64,000 nucleotides of DNA, taken from the NCBI GenBank assembly GCA_951406725.2, contig OX597823.1:36084001-36148000 (forward strand), read 5' to 3'. Below, in pieces: positions 39,843 through 52,329 of the stretch. Under the pieces are notes generated by a model. The model saw only the letters and a list, made by a program, of their open reading frames with translations. It did not search any database and had not been told where the DNA came from. Within the stretch, counting starts at the first letter, position 1. Each line of letters begins with the position of its first letter. Source of the stretch: Octopus vulgaris (Eukaryota). A program made the position numbers and the translations under genes.

Positions 39843-40406
39843 CAAAGGGAAATGGAAAATGAATTAAAATTTTCACTTCCAGTGGCCTAATGTGTAAAAA
39901 TTTAGTCCCAAAAGACTATGAATTAGTCATAATATATAGTGTACATTTAAACACATAAGGAATCCACTCGTGGAATTCAACATGCTAGAAAGAACAGCTA
40001 GGTTCCATAACCACAAAAATTAGGGATAAAATTCGACAGGAATGAAATGAAAAATAAAAACATTTTACCATCAAGTTTATATATTTAACCCAAGGTATAC
40101 CTGTTGAGGACAATTTCACCTCATGAGCAAATATTATTTGCTTGCTAAACAGAAATCAGAAACCAATTGGTCCAGGAAATTTGATGGTAAAATGTTTATA
40201 TTTTTCATTTCGTTCCTGTTGAATTTTAATTTTTGAGGTTATGGAACTTAGCTGTTCTTTCTAGCATGTTGAATTCCACAAGTGGATTCCTTATGTGTTT
40301 GAATGTACACTAAATATTATGACTAATTCATAGTCTTTTGGGACTAAATTTTTACACATTAGGCCACTGGAAGTGAAAATTTTAATTAATTTTCCATTTC
40401 CCTTTG
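39843..40406. mobile_element. Fold-back element/MITE, arms about 235 bp, spacer about 100 bp
   Basis: CAAAGGGAAATGGAAAATGAATTAAAATTTTCACTTCCAGTGGCC... is mirrored by ...GGCCACTGGAAGTGAAAATTTTAATTAATTTTCCATTTCCCTTTG. Both sides flanked by ATAT. Confidence 0.88.
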
Positions 40407-41574
40407 ATATGTTTATATATATATATATATATATATTGCTGGAAATGTCTCTGACCTTTATACCTCACATATATGCACCACCTAAAAAGCACCCAGTATA
40501 CATTGTAAAGTGGTTGGCATTGGGAAAGTTGTCCAGCCATAGAAACTATGCTAGAACAGACAATTGGAGCCTGGTGTAACTCACCCGCTTACCAGTTCCT
40601 TTTGAACTGTCCAAGCCATGCCAGCATGGAAAATGGATGTTAAATGATGATGCAGCTATAATACAGCCATGTACATTTGTTAATCCTTGGAGGCTTCTAA
40701 ATGGCCTTCATTAAATACAAGACGAAAAGGTTTAAAATTATCCAAACATGTACATGTCTTCTGGCAGCATAGCTAATGGCCTCTCCAGTGATCATCTGGA
40801 ACAGTTGTGATGAGATAAACAAATCAAAGGAATCAGTATGTTTTAAATTAATCACCAAGACTGAGTGTCTTGTTCTTCCCCCACCCAAGAATGGATTCCT
40901 TTTCCATTATTCCGAGTTTTCACCATTAGAAATGAGTATTTTATTCAGTAAACCTTTAGTTGTGTTTTTCAGTTAATATAACCATTAAAAATAAACACTA
41001 ACACCAGTAACTTCAAAATCAGTCGCTAAATTGAAAGTTTGTGTTCATTTTTAAACGAGATTTTTATAAAAGTAGTGGGGGAAGTCTCCAAAAAGTAAAG
41101 GTTAGCGAGCGGAAAATTTATATGTTAAGAACATCAAACAGCATAAGCTAAGAATTCAACAAATGAAATCAAGTGTTATGTGTAGGTTGGTAACATATGA
41201 TCAAGCTATTTTCTTTGGACCTTTATCTCACCCCTAAAACTTGGTTATTTCACATATAACTAGTACAGTGAACTTTATACAGTATTTATAAAAGGCATTG
41301 TGTAAAGGTAAATTCATTAAATAATGCTTCACCTTCTTCAAATCTCAAGGTATTGCTTTGCTAAAGAAACTTTGAAAGCTAGTACTAAGTAATCCACTCA
41401 CTAGTTGTATGAAAGCAAAATTTGATTACTGTCTTTATACATTGCTGTTCATTTCTATAATTGAAACATTTAAATCTTGTTTAGTATTCCAGATCAGCCT
41501 GTTATCTCTTTTCTCAGTTGTTATATTTATAATCAGGCCATTTGGCAACATATATAAAATAATATCCACCTTTG

Positions 41575-41952
41575 TATGGCTGTGTGGTTAAGAAGCTTGC
41601 TTTCCAACCATATGAGCTCAGGTTCAGTCCTACTGTATGGTATCTCACGCACGTCTTCTATTATAGCTCCAGGCTGACCAAATCTTCATGAGTGGATTTG
41701 GTAGACAGACTTAAAGAAGCCTGTTATGTATATGTGCATGTACCCTGTCCTTATGACATCATGTGATGGCAAATGTGCATCACAATCGTGTGATGTTTTT
41801 CCCAGTCTTTCATAAAAAAACGTGTCTGGTAATTGGGAAATATCTTGCTTGGAAACAAGTGAGGATTGGTAACAGGAGGGGCATCCAATCTGTTTAATGA
41901 ATTATGTCTGATCCATGAAAGCATAGAAAGTGGGCATTAAATGCTGATGCTC
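41575..41952 (+). mobile_element. tRNA-derived SINE with RTE-type tail
   Basis: A-box-like TGGCTGTGTGG and B-box-like GGTTCAGTCC, body gagtggatttggtagac, tail ccatgaaagcatag...ttaaatgctgatg. Related copies near 7900-8245, 8750-9160, 25780-26180, 27955-28055, 37800-38130, 58290-58650, 62025-62370 (minus) and 45000-45125 (plus). Confidence 0.82.
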
Positions 41953-42648
41953 ATGTACTCATTAAAACGTGACATCTTCATTTTTGAAGGCTTCATTGTT
42001 CATATTTAAGTGTTTATTTAGTCTACATTGTTACTTTGTTAACACTTAAAAAGATACTGTCTAAATTATAAAATCACTGGCGCGCAGGGGGAGGGTGTTA
42101 TTTGTTTCTTTTCCCCTGGTTCTGTAATAACAGCAATGTAAAGGATCCTTGAAAGTTTGGAGGTTAATACCAGTTATTACACTGAGATTTAATTTGCCAA
42201 AAAGATAGTTCCGGTACAGTACTGTTTATTTCTCTTTAATTCCAGATTGTAACATTTAAGATATAAACTTTACTGTTAGTTCTCTCTTATTTTAAGAATG
42301 AGAATGCTTTATAATTCTACCAGAAGCTTAGAAATAATTTTAGTAAATTGTGCCTACATTTATCTAACTGTCCATACACACACAAAGATACATTCATCAT
42401 CAGCTCATAATATAATGAAATCTATTTGATAGGTATTTGGTATCTATATCACCCCATCTATTTAACATCTTTAGAATTATTCTCTCTTTTGTACAACTCT
42501 GCTAATCATTTATGGTTCAAATCGAATGAAGCTACATTAGTTTTAGATCAGGATGTTGTTTTTAATATAACTATGGCACAAATAGTTTAATTGAAACAAA
42601 AATCTTTGATTTCAACAGGTACAAGCAAGACTAGCTAGACATGTAATA

Positions 42649-44261
42649 CAGTGGGGGGGGGGGGGGATAAGTATTCGTACACATCAAAATTCTTTATTTA
42701 TTTAATTTCTAATGAACATAAATGGGATATACCATTACTATAGTTGCATACACATGCATAAACTAAGAATATGCAAAAGAAACTAGTAAATTATAGTAAC
42801 TAAGGAATTTATATTCAATTATAAATATTTAGGAGTGAAAAATGTATTCGTACAGAACATAGATAACTGATAATTCTGATTTAATGCTTCGTAGCATAAC
42901 CATTATTCAGTTCCACTTCACCTAATCTCTTCTTGTAGTTCTTAATCAATGACTTGCATGTTTAGAAATTTTTTCCCATTCTTCTTGACAAATTTTCTTC
43001 AAATCTGCAATGCACGTTGGGGCTCTTGAATGAATTTTAATTTTCAAATAATGCCACAAATTTTCAATGGGGTTCAAGTCAGGTGACTGGCTTGGCCATT
43101 CTAATAATTCTATATTGTGATCAACAATCCATTTTATGGTAGACTTCGCTGTGTGCTTAGGGTCATTATCCTGTTGTAAAATCCACCCTTCACAAAGCTG
43201 GAGCTTTTCTACAGAGTCCCATAAATTATTGTTCAAAATATTTTAGTACATCTCTGCATTCGTTTTACCATCTATCACATGTAAATTGCCAGTACCATTT
43301 GCAGAGAAACGCCCCTACACCATGATGTTGCCACCTCCAAACTTTACGCTAGGAATTGTGTTTTTCGGCGAATAGGCAGTACCATCTTTCCTCCAAACAT
43401 GGCTACGTGAATTTCGTCCAAACCATTCAATTTTTGGCTCGTCTGTCCTTAGAACATTTTCCCAGAATGTATCAGATTTATCTCTATGTTCATAAACAAA
43501 TTTTAAACGAGCATCTCTATGCTTTTCATCAACAGCGGAGTTTTTCTAGGAGAGTGTGACTTCAGTTAATTTCTATGAAGTTCATTGCTGATTGTTCGTA
43601 GTGTAACACTAGTCCCTGAAGCTAACAAATCTTCTTGCAACTCCTTTCTGGTGATCATTGCATTTTTTTCGATTCTTCGCTTCATTTTTCTTAAAGATTT
43701 AGGGGGAAATCTTGCGTGGTGCACCAGATCTTATTGTTTTCAACAGTTCCTGATTTTTTATATCTTTGAATAAATGAACATATGGTAGAAAATGGAATAC
43801 AAAGGGTCTCGGATATTTTCCTTTAATTTTTACCTGCTTTCCACTGTTCAAAAATTAAGTTTTTCACTGAATTTGTGAGTTCTTTACTTTTCACCATTAT
43901 TACAATACTATTTTATGTTGTCTCAGTGCTGAATGAAGCAGCTAGCATTTTGACACTTAAAAATGACAACTGATAAGATTATTGGAACAAACGAGAAAGT
44001 TCTAGTAAAAACAAAATTATTTTAACAGTATTTTGTGGCATAGAAAATCATAAATTTATTCTGTATGAATATTTTTTTCACCTCTAAATATTTATAATTG
44101 TATATAAATTCATTAGTTACTGTAATTTATTAGTTTCTTTTGCATATTCTTAGTTTATGCATGTGTATGCAAATATAGTATTGGTATATCCTATTTATGT
44201 CCATTAGAAATTAATTAAAGAATTTTGATATGTATGAATATTTATTCCCCCCCACACACTG
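42649..44261 (-). mobile_element. Tc1 (DD34E) transposon with long IR/DR-type TIRs
   Basis: TA-CAGTGGGG start; inverted arms of about 210 bp (42649-42860 and 44050-44261) with an internal direct repeat (gtattcgtaca at both ends of the left arm). Confidence 0.92.
42881..43897 (-). pseudogene. Tc1 transposase pseudogene
   Basis: MVKSKELTNSVK..., DEPKIE, QQDNDPKHT, WPSQSPDLNPIENLW. 34 residues between the second D and E. Stops and frameshifts present. Confidence 0.92.
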
Positions 44262-45152
44262 TGTATATATATCATCATTATTTAATGTCTGGCTTCCATG
44301 CTGGCATGGCTGGGATATATATATATAATATGAAAAAACAAAAGGATGATCATGCACAAAGCTAAAACATTTGGTGTAATACTTTTAGATATTTTAAATA
44401 CTTTTACATTACATTGTTTTTAGGAGAAAATGAGAGGTGTAAGTTTTTAAGCATTATACTAACCAAGGAAGACTGACATGTAGATACAGTTATGAGAATC
44501 AGATAAAGAGGTGAGTGTTGTAGATGAATGAAGGATGTAGGTATTGGATTATAAGACATGGAGTATTAAGTGCATTAAACTAACACAAGATAGAAAGGTA
44601 TGCAAGGTAAGTAGAAAAATTTAATAGCCTATATAAGATATGCAAAGACATATATACATATCTTTCTTTAAATCCTTTTGTCTTATTCTTTTTAATGTTC
44701 ATCATCATCGTTTAACATCTGCTTTCCATGCTAGCATGGGTTGATGATGATGTTGATGAATGTTGTGTAAAGAAATAGCTTATCAACCATTCAAGTTGGG
44801 ATTTATATTTCTTAATAAATTGTTTATCTGTGATTGAGTCTGAACATTTCACTTCCAAAATGCAACAATCTCTGGATTGTAACTGTGTAGGAAAATAATG
44901 GTACAAACTACAGATAATGAAAAATCATGAAAATTCCATTAGAGGGCATATGTTAACATGTACTGGAATGGAGGTGATAGACTTTTAAATATTTCCATTC
45001 AGGTGCAGGTGTGACTATGGTAAGAAACTTGCTCCCAACCATGTGGTCTTAGGTTTAGTCCCACCATGTAGCAACTTTTGTAGTGACTTCCATTATAACT
45101 CCAGGCTGACCAAACCCCTGTGAAAGAAGCATGCCCCACCTCTCTCTCTCTC

Positions 45153-45186
<34 letters not shown>

Positions 45187-45195
45187 TAATATCTC

Positions 45196-45650
45196 ATCAT
45201 CATCATTTAATGTCCATTGTCCATGTTGGCATGGTTTCTATGGCTGGATGCCCTTCTTAACACCAACCACTCCGAGAGTGTAGTGGGTGCTTTTATGTGC
45301 CACCAACATGATGCTGGCATCAGCCACATTGCCTCCATGAAGCCCAACACTCAAATGGTGCTTTTTATGTGCCACCAGCACAGGTGCCACTTACGTGACA
45401 CCAGCATCAGCCACATTGTCTCTGTGAGGCCCAACGCTTGAATGATGCTTTTTACATGCCACTGGCACAGGTGCCAGTTACGTGACACCAGCATCAGCCA
45501 CAACTATGATTTCACTTGGCTTGATGGGTTTTCTCAAGCACAGCATATTGCCTAAGGTCTCAGTCATTAGTCATTGCCTTCCTGAGGCCCAACATCTGAA
45601 GATCATGCTTCACCACTTTGTCCCATGTCTTCCTGGGTCTACCTCTCCCA
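45196..45650 (-). mobile_element. RTE LINE 3' end with tandemly repeated UTR unit
   Basis: Minus strand RGRPRKTWDKVVKHDLQMLGL; (CAT)n tail; three copies of a gtgctttt(t)atgtgccacc-type unit. Confidence 0.78.
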
Positions 45651-46705
45651 CAGAGATCAGTATGTACCCCACCACCATCTGACAACCAGTGTTGGCTTGT
45701 TTACAACCCTATAACATAATTGTTTGGCAAAAAGAGAACATTCGATAGAATAAGTACTAGACTTAACAATAAATTTTGGGGTTGATTTGTTTGGCCAAGC
45801 CCTGTAAGACATGACTGCAGTTCAAACACTAAAATTCTACAAATAGCAAATTCGCCCACAGAAAAAACAAAGATAATGGTTGATAAGTAATTTCTGTGCA
45901 CAACATAATAATAAAGGATAGTAGCAGACAAAAAGGAATTTCAGATAGGCATACATGTATATTTACATGTGTGTCTTTGCATGTCGTGTTGGCTATTAAA
46001 TCTTTATTTCATCTGCATACTTTTCTCTCTCACTTATGCTAGAGTAACTCATTAAAAATTCATTTATGTCCTACCCTGGAACCAAAGTTCTCTAAGTGCT
46101 CCTTGTCTTATAATCTGATACCCCCATACTTCATCCACCTACAACACTTTTCAGCTCTCTATCTGATTTTCATTACCTGTCTACCTGTCAGTATTCTTGA
46201 AAACCAATCCAAATGTAATGAAAAAGTATTTATTATATATATATATATATTGGAAAATGTTAACCACTTTTCCATTCATAGATAGATATAGGTATTGACA
46301 AATAACTGTAACTTGTTGCATTCTGTGAAACCAGCAATATGTGGCTTTTTTCAAAAAGCTTAAGTATTTCAATATTCACAAAGAACATATTCAAATATTA
46401 GCAATCTGATTTTTGACAAAAATAAAATCTTCAGAATTTGTTTTGTTTTTATTTCTTCGGCAAAAAGTATAAAAACGAAAAATTATACCTTAATATGGCT
46501 GAAAAGCAACAGAATTTCTACATTGAATTTTTTTTTCTTTTTCTTTTATATTAAAAGACCAGAAAACTGATTTAGATTTTAATTATCCTTGCCATTTTCA
46601 TATCATGGTTCTTACCATTAATCTCATTCTTTTCTTTTTTTTTTTCCTCTCTAAACTTTCCTTAAGTTTCATCATTCATTTTCACCCATTTTTTTTCTTC
46701 TTTAG

Positions 46706-46759
46706 AAATATATTCAAAAAAATCAATGGGAGTGAGGAAGTTGAGAGGCATCAAAATCT
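46706..46759 (+). CDS. Candidate 54-nt cassette exon (NIFKKINGSEEVERHQN)
   Basis: ttttttttcttctttag|A AAT ATA TTC...AAT CT|gtaagt. Length 3n, open in the phase-2 frame required by intron E-F, purine-rich body, flanked by YCAY clusters. Confidence 0.65.
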
Positions 46760-48710
46760 GTAAGTGTGTTCCTACCAACTAGCCTTATTCCTTGGCTAAA
46801 ACAAAAACAGTCACACTTTTCTCTCTTTCTCTCTCTGATATCAAGATCACAATCATTCATTTTCACATCACACTATCACAGAATAATTAATTTCAATGTC
46901 CTAATCTTTTTTTTTTTTTTTTTTTTTCTTGTTCTTGCTTCTAATTACCTTAATGTTTTTTTTTATATTTTTTTTTTATAGATCTCAGTATTAGCTTTTT
47001 TTAAAACTGTTAATTGACCTCGAAATTGTCACTATACAATATGGGCATTGTAAAAACTTATCTTTTGGCTTAAAATTGTGAACAAATTCATTTTGTCTTC
47101 TATCAGTAATCATGAAGCTTGTTATATCATTTCCTTTAGCTCTGTGCACAATAATTGGCACCATCAGTGTTGTATTTTTTTAACATCCTGAAATTTGCTT
47201 GGAATCATTTGTCATTAAAATTGAACCCAACACTTGGATATTAATTAGTATTTCAGGTTTGATTAGATGTTCATTTCATAATCTTTATCTTAGACTCCTT
47301 CCAAAAAGTATTGGTTACTAAATTTGAAATGAAAAGAAATAACTGTATCTGTTGAATGAAAGGTCATTTTCAAAGAAATTGTTCCTATATTTATAAAAGA
47401 CATTTTGAAATTGTCTATATAGAAAGTTATTTGCTGCTTTTATAGTAACTAGCTAACACTTTATTCATTGATTGAATATTAAATTGACTGCACATGCTAT
47501 GTGAATGGTGACAGTTCCACTATAGTCAATAATACAACTTTCGCATTATTTTATTGGCTTTCCCACGAAATTTATTCATTAAACATTTATCATAATATTT
47601 CTTTGAGAAATTTTGAAATTCAAGAATGTGAAAATAAATATTCCATATCTATACTTTTAAGAAAAAGAGTGAAATCTTTGTATTTTCTTATGGTGCTTTA
47701 AAAAGATTTTTTTTACACATTTTGCTTTGATGCTTGCTGCAACTGGATAAAAATGGGAGTGGTGGATATGCATGCATTTTCTTTTCTTTGTAATTGTTAT
47801 GATTAGGTTACTAATTGTTTAGTAACTATTTCTTTAGTTCTCAGTCAAAGAAACTATCAACCTAAAGTTTTAAAATTTGTAAATACTGGGCACATTAAAT
47901 ATTAATGTTAGAATATATCACAACTATACTAGGACGGATTGGGAAGTCTCCTGCTACATCCATCCATTTGATACCTGACAATATTGAGATGTCAGTCCAC
48001 AGGCACTGCTGTGTTTGTTGTTGTTCAACAACATGAATATTGAAGATGTACTTGTATAACAAGTGACTTGATCTGAGATCATGTGCTGAAATTAAAACAT
48101 TGCAGCATGGAAGGTGTTTTTAAGCCATTTAAGAACCACACAAAAACCATTAGTTTCACTTCAACATTTAAATTTAATTTGAGTCAAAACATTTTTGTCG
48201 CCTTGAAACTGTGACCTGTTCGCTGACAAACCTTTGTGCTGCTTCTGAGAAAGTAACAGTTCATGATATATATGTGTTTGTGTGTGTATGTGTGCATCTA
48301 CGTATGCATATGTGTACATCCATATGCATGCATACACATATGTGGGTATTTGACTGATATGGGTGTCTGTTCAAGTTGTATATATGTGTTACTGTGTCGA
48401 AGGTTATATATATATATATATATATATGTTCCTTTCACCACTGTCTAACCGTAAATAGATACATTAATATTAAAACAACAATGCTGATCTACAACTTAAC
48501 TCTGCTACTATATGCACTGACATGACCACATATTCTGTACACTTGCGGATTTATCCCACTAGTTTTATGTTTATCTTCCTGGGTGAAGCATTATATTATC
48601 TCTTTTGTGCTTAAAAATGTTTTTCATTATATCAAAGTATATTGAAAGACAAGACATATCTGTCCGTAAATTCATTCATTTTCACTTTTCCCATCTATCT
48701 TTTCCCTTAA

Positions 48711-48925
48711 CCCTTTCGTTACCAACCCGGCTGAAACCAGCTCTGTAGTACAAATGTCTTGTTTTCATAAATTTTGAATTAAAATCTTCCACTAAACCTT
48801 AGTCACAATTTATGTTCCTAACACTAGCTTAATGATAACTAAGTTATTTTACTAAATTCTTTGTTATATTTAAAGTAATTGAAAGAAATACAGCACATTT
48901 CAAAATAAATACAGTAATGAAAGGG
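48711..48925. mobile_element. piggyBac MITE (215 bp)
   Basis: TTAA at 48707-48710 and 48926-48929. TIR CCCTTTC(G/A)TTAC. Left end CCCTTTCGTTACCAACCCGGCTG matches the 5' end of the 14289-17508 element. Confidence 0.88.
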
Positions 48926-48988
48926 TTAACACACCAACACTAGTTGTCAAGTGCTGTGGGGACAAATACAGACACGCACACACATATA

Positions 48989-49300
48989 TCAGTGGTTAGG
49001 GCATTGGGCTCACAATCATGAGGTAGTGAAGTCAATTCCTGGAACAGGCTGTGTTATGTTCTTGAGCAAAACACTTTATTTCACATTGCTCCAGTTCACT
49101 CAGACGTAGAAATGAGTTGCAATGTGACTGATGCCAAGATCTGTTGGCTTTTGGATAACATGGGTGGCATGGAGAGGGGAAGCTGGTATACATAGGCAAA
49201 AGCTGGTCTTCCGTAAAAAATCCTTATTTGAACTAGTGCCTCAGAGGGTAACTTTCAAGATGTAATCCCATAGTCATTCAAGACCAAAAGGGTTTCCTTG
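48989..49300 (+). mobile_element. tRNA-derived SINE, third type, decayed
   Basis: agtggttagggcattgggctcacaatcatgagg head, then ttcttgagcaaaacactttatttcacattgctccagttcactcag central domain. Confidence 0.65.
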
Positions 49301-49333
49301 CCTGTACACACACACATATGCATATCTATAATA

Positions 49334-50608
49334 TTGGATTGAAGACTAATTTCCTGCCGTTTTTTTTATTTATTATTATTTAAAAGGCTTAATGAAAAAA
49401 TAACTAATTAGTCAACAATGTATTCACCATTGTTGTTTACAACTTCTTCCCAACATTCAACAAGATTTTCAACTCTAAAATCTCCCGATTTCAACTCAAA
49501 AATTATCCAAGCTCTCAATTCTGCATCAGTATTGAACAAAACTCCACGCATAGCATTTGAAAGAGATCGAAAGAGGTGGAAATCTGTTGGTACCAAATCA
49601 GTACTGTATGACGTCTGTGGCAGCACTTCCCAGCCATGCGCTTGAATGGCTTCTTTGGTCATATTGGTGATATGAGGGCAGGCATTGTTGTGCAGCAGAA
49701 GAACTCCATGCAGCTGATTAGGTTTTTTTCTCTTGAATAGCCATGTTGAGTCATTTCATCTGTTGAACATAGAGTACCACATTGACCATTTAGTTCCATT
49801 CAAGCAATTCGTAATGGATAATCCCTTCCCAGTCCCACCATATGCACAACAGCGTTTTATGCAGATGATCTTGTTTCACGTGTGGTGTCGCTTGTTTACC
49901 GGGACTAAGCCATTCCCTACACTGCTTCATATTAATGTACACACCATTTTTCATTGCCCGTAACGATTCAGTAAAGAAATTGTTGCTTGTGTCCATGAGT
50001 TGAGCGGTGACAAGCAAGCAAACCAGCATAGATTGTGGCTCGTTGATTTTTGCTGTTGTCACTTAAAGCTTGCAGAACCCATGTTCCATACTTCTGAACC
50101 TTTCCCATCGAGTTAAGATGCTTCTCTATAGCAGTGTGGGAGCATTCCATTTTCTCTGCCAGTTCCCTTGTCGTTTGATGAGAATTTTCGTGCAAAAGTT
50201 GGTTTAATCGCTATCCATCAAACTCAACTGGATGGCCAGAACATGGTGCGTCTTTGAGGTCAAAATTTCCATTTTTGAGCTTGGCATACCAATCACTAGC
50301 GATTCTTTCAGCTATGGCACCCTCTCCATACACAGCACAAATGTCGCAAGCTGCTTTTGCAGCCTTAGAACCTTGATTAAAAGCAAAAAGGTGGTGTTGA
50401 AAATGCTCGTTTTTTCTTAACTTGACATTCGATTTTAATGATCTGAAAATAAGCAAGAATTAACTAAACTTAACTAGGAAAAATAAAAACAAAATAGATT
50501 CCAAAATGATTAAAAATAGAATTCTTGAAAAAAATAGATCACAAAATTTAAAAACGCAATAAATTCCAAAATTTAAAAAAAAACACGGGAAATTAGTTGC
50601 CAACCCAA
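49334..50608 (-). mobile_element. mariner transposon, near full length, decayed
   Basis: TA flanks; TIRs TTGGATTGAAGACTAATTTCC and (reverse complement) TTGGGTTGGCAACTAATTTCC. Fragments DICAVYGEGAI, GTWVLQAL, LLCIWWDWEGIIHYELL, YSTDLVPTDFHLFRSL. Confidence 0.92.
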
Positions 50609-51515
50609 TACATTAAAAGTCAGTTTAAATCTTACTTGCTTGCACTGTTACCCAGCCAAACTGGCACATAATGGGAAAATACTATGAATTAAGTTTACCT
50701 TGAAATGTTAATAAGAAAGGAATAAAACAATTTTTGCATAAAGCGGACAAGTGATTTTTAAGATATTAGAGGTTTTCAGGGTATAAATACCCAAAACAGT
50801 GCATAATGGGAAAATATTCCAAAAGTGGTCCTAATCCTGAAAGGGAAGAAACTCTTATCTTTCTATTTGACACTGTGACTTGATAACGGAGAAGTATGTC
50901 TTTTTACAGTAAATGTTTCTATTTTTGCTTTTGTTAAATACAATATTTTAATCATTTTGAAATATTTTTAAGTGAATGAGATTTCAAAAATATAAGTTGT
51001 TTGGGCAATGAGTATTTATATTTTAGCTTTCCTTAAACAAACAATATTTTAATGTTTTTTTGTTTTTTTTTAAAATTATTTTCAAGTGAGTAGCATTACA
51101 AATAATTTTTTTTGGCCTATTTAAAATATATTTTAAAGTGAAAATTACTTTAAAAATACGGAAAATATTTTATAAAAGACCCATTCATAACCTCAGTGTG
51201 AAATAGTTTTTTCCATGCTTTTTTTTTTTTTTTTTTTATAAGTGCATTCAACGTATTTATCTCCAGATTTGGCTGCTATTTCTAGCTTGGGCTGCTACCA
51301 TGTAACAGCTATTTGCATTAAAGAACCAGAAATACTTGTTAAGTGGTAGCAAATACCTGTTAAATGGCATGCAAGAAATAGCAGCCAAATCTTTCCTTTT
51401 CTGGGGAAAGGAGCCTTTTACGTGTGATTTCGATGTCGCTTGCAAAATAAACCTGGAAGAGAAAAAAATCCACGTAACAAAATTCCGTTGTTGGGACACA
51501 CATTATATGGATGTA

Positions 51516-51950
51516 CAGGGGTTGGGCAGAATAATGGAAACACCTTAAAATTTTAAAGAAATTTATTTTAATATGGGGTAGGACGGCTTGAATTCTGCAA
51601 GGCATAGAATTGGCCAAATTTGAATTGTTTCCTAAGGAATTTTTGTCCATTCTTCAGCTAATACAGTTTCCAGTTCTTGTAGTGATAATGGTGGAGGATA
51701 TAGACTCCTTAATTGCTTTTCTAAAATGCACCGTAAATATTCAGTAATATTGAAACCTGGGGACTGTGGTGGCCAGATAAGATGTTCAACTTTACTAGAA
51801 TGTTCCTCGTGCCATTCAGTAACAACTTCAGCTGTGTGAATTGGTGCATTATCATCCTGAAAGATTGTGTTTCCCTTCAGAAACAGTTCCACAACCATAG
51901 GATAAATTGACTATTAATTCTGCTGTGAAGGGAAACCATTGGGCTTCACA
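51516..51950 (-). mobile_element. Tc1 transposon 3' fragment
   Basis: TA-CAGGGGTTGGGCAGAATAATGGAAACACC single TIR. Protein fragment FQDDNAPIHTA...HLIWPPQSPGFNITEYL. Confidence 0.82.
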
Positions 51951-52329
51951 TCACAGAAGATCGAAGAGCTTGGTTGGGAAAAAATTCCTCATCCACCTTG
52001 TTCTCCCGACCTTGCTCCGTCAGACTAACATTTTGTTTCGTAGTTCGCAGAATCATTTGAGGGACATAAATTTCGCAAGCCAGGAGGAGGTCAAAATGTA
52101 TGTGATGCTCAGGAGCAATAAATAACACTTAAATTGTGCAGAGAACAACTTCCACCACATTCCAGGGAGAAAAACTAAACATAGTTGATAGCTTGCGTTA
52201 CTGAGGGGACCAAGTCAGTAGTGGGGGAGGGTGCACTGAAAGTGTAGCTAATAGAATAAGAATAGCCTGGGCAAAGTTGAATGAGCTCTTACCTCTGCTG
52301 GTGACAAAGGGTCCCTTGCTCAGAGTAAA

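Noticed and set aside
40807-40864. Box C (GTGATGA) and box D (CTGA) pair, considered because vertebrate UBAP2 hosts intronic snoRNAs
   Set aside because: Only 58 nt, weak terminal stem, no rRNA complementarity I could recognise; a similar pair at 14220-14264 is shorter still.
48178-48232. Minus-strand three-stem arrangement loosely like a hammerhead
   Set aside because: Lacks both CUGANGA and GAAA core sequences.
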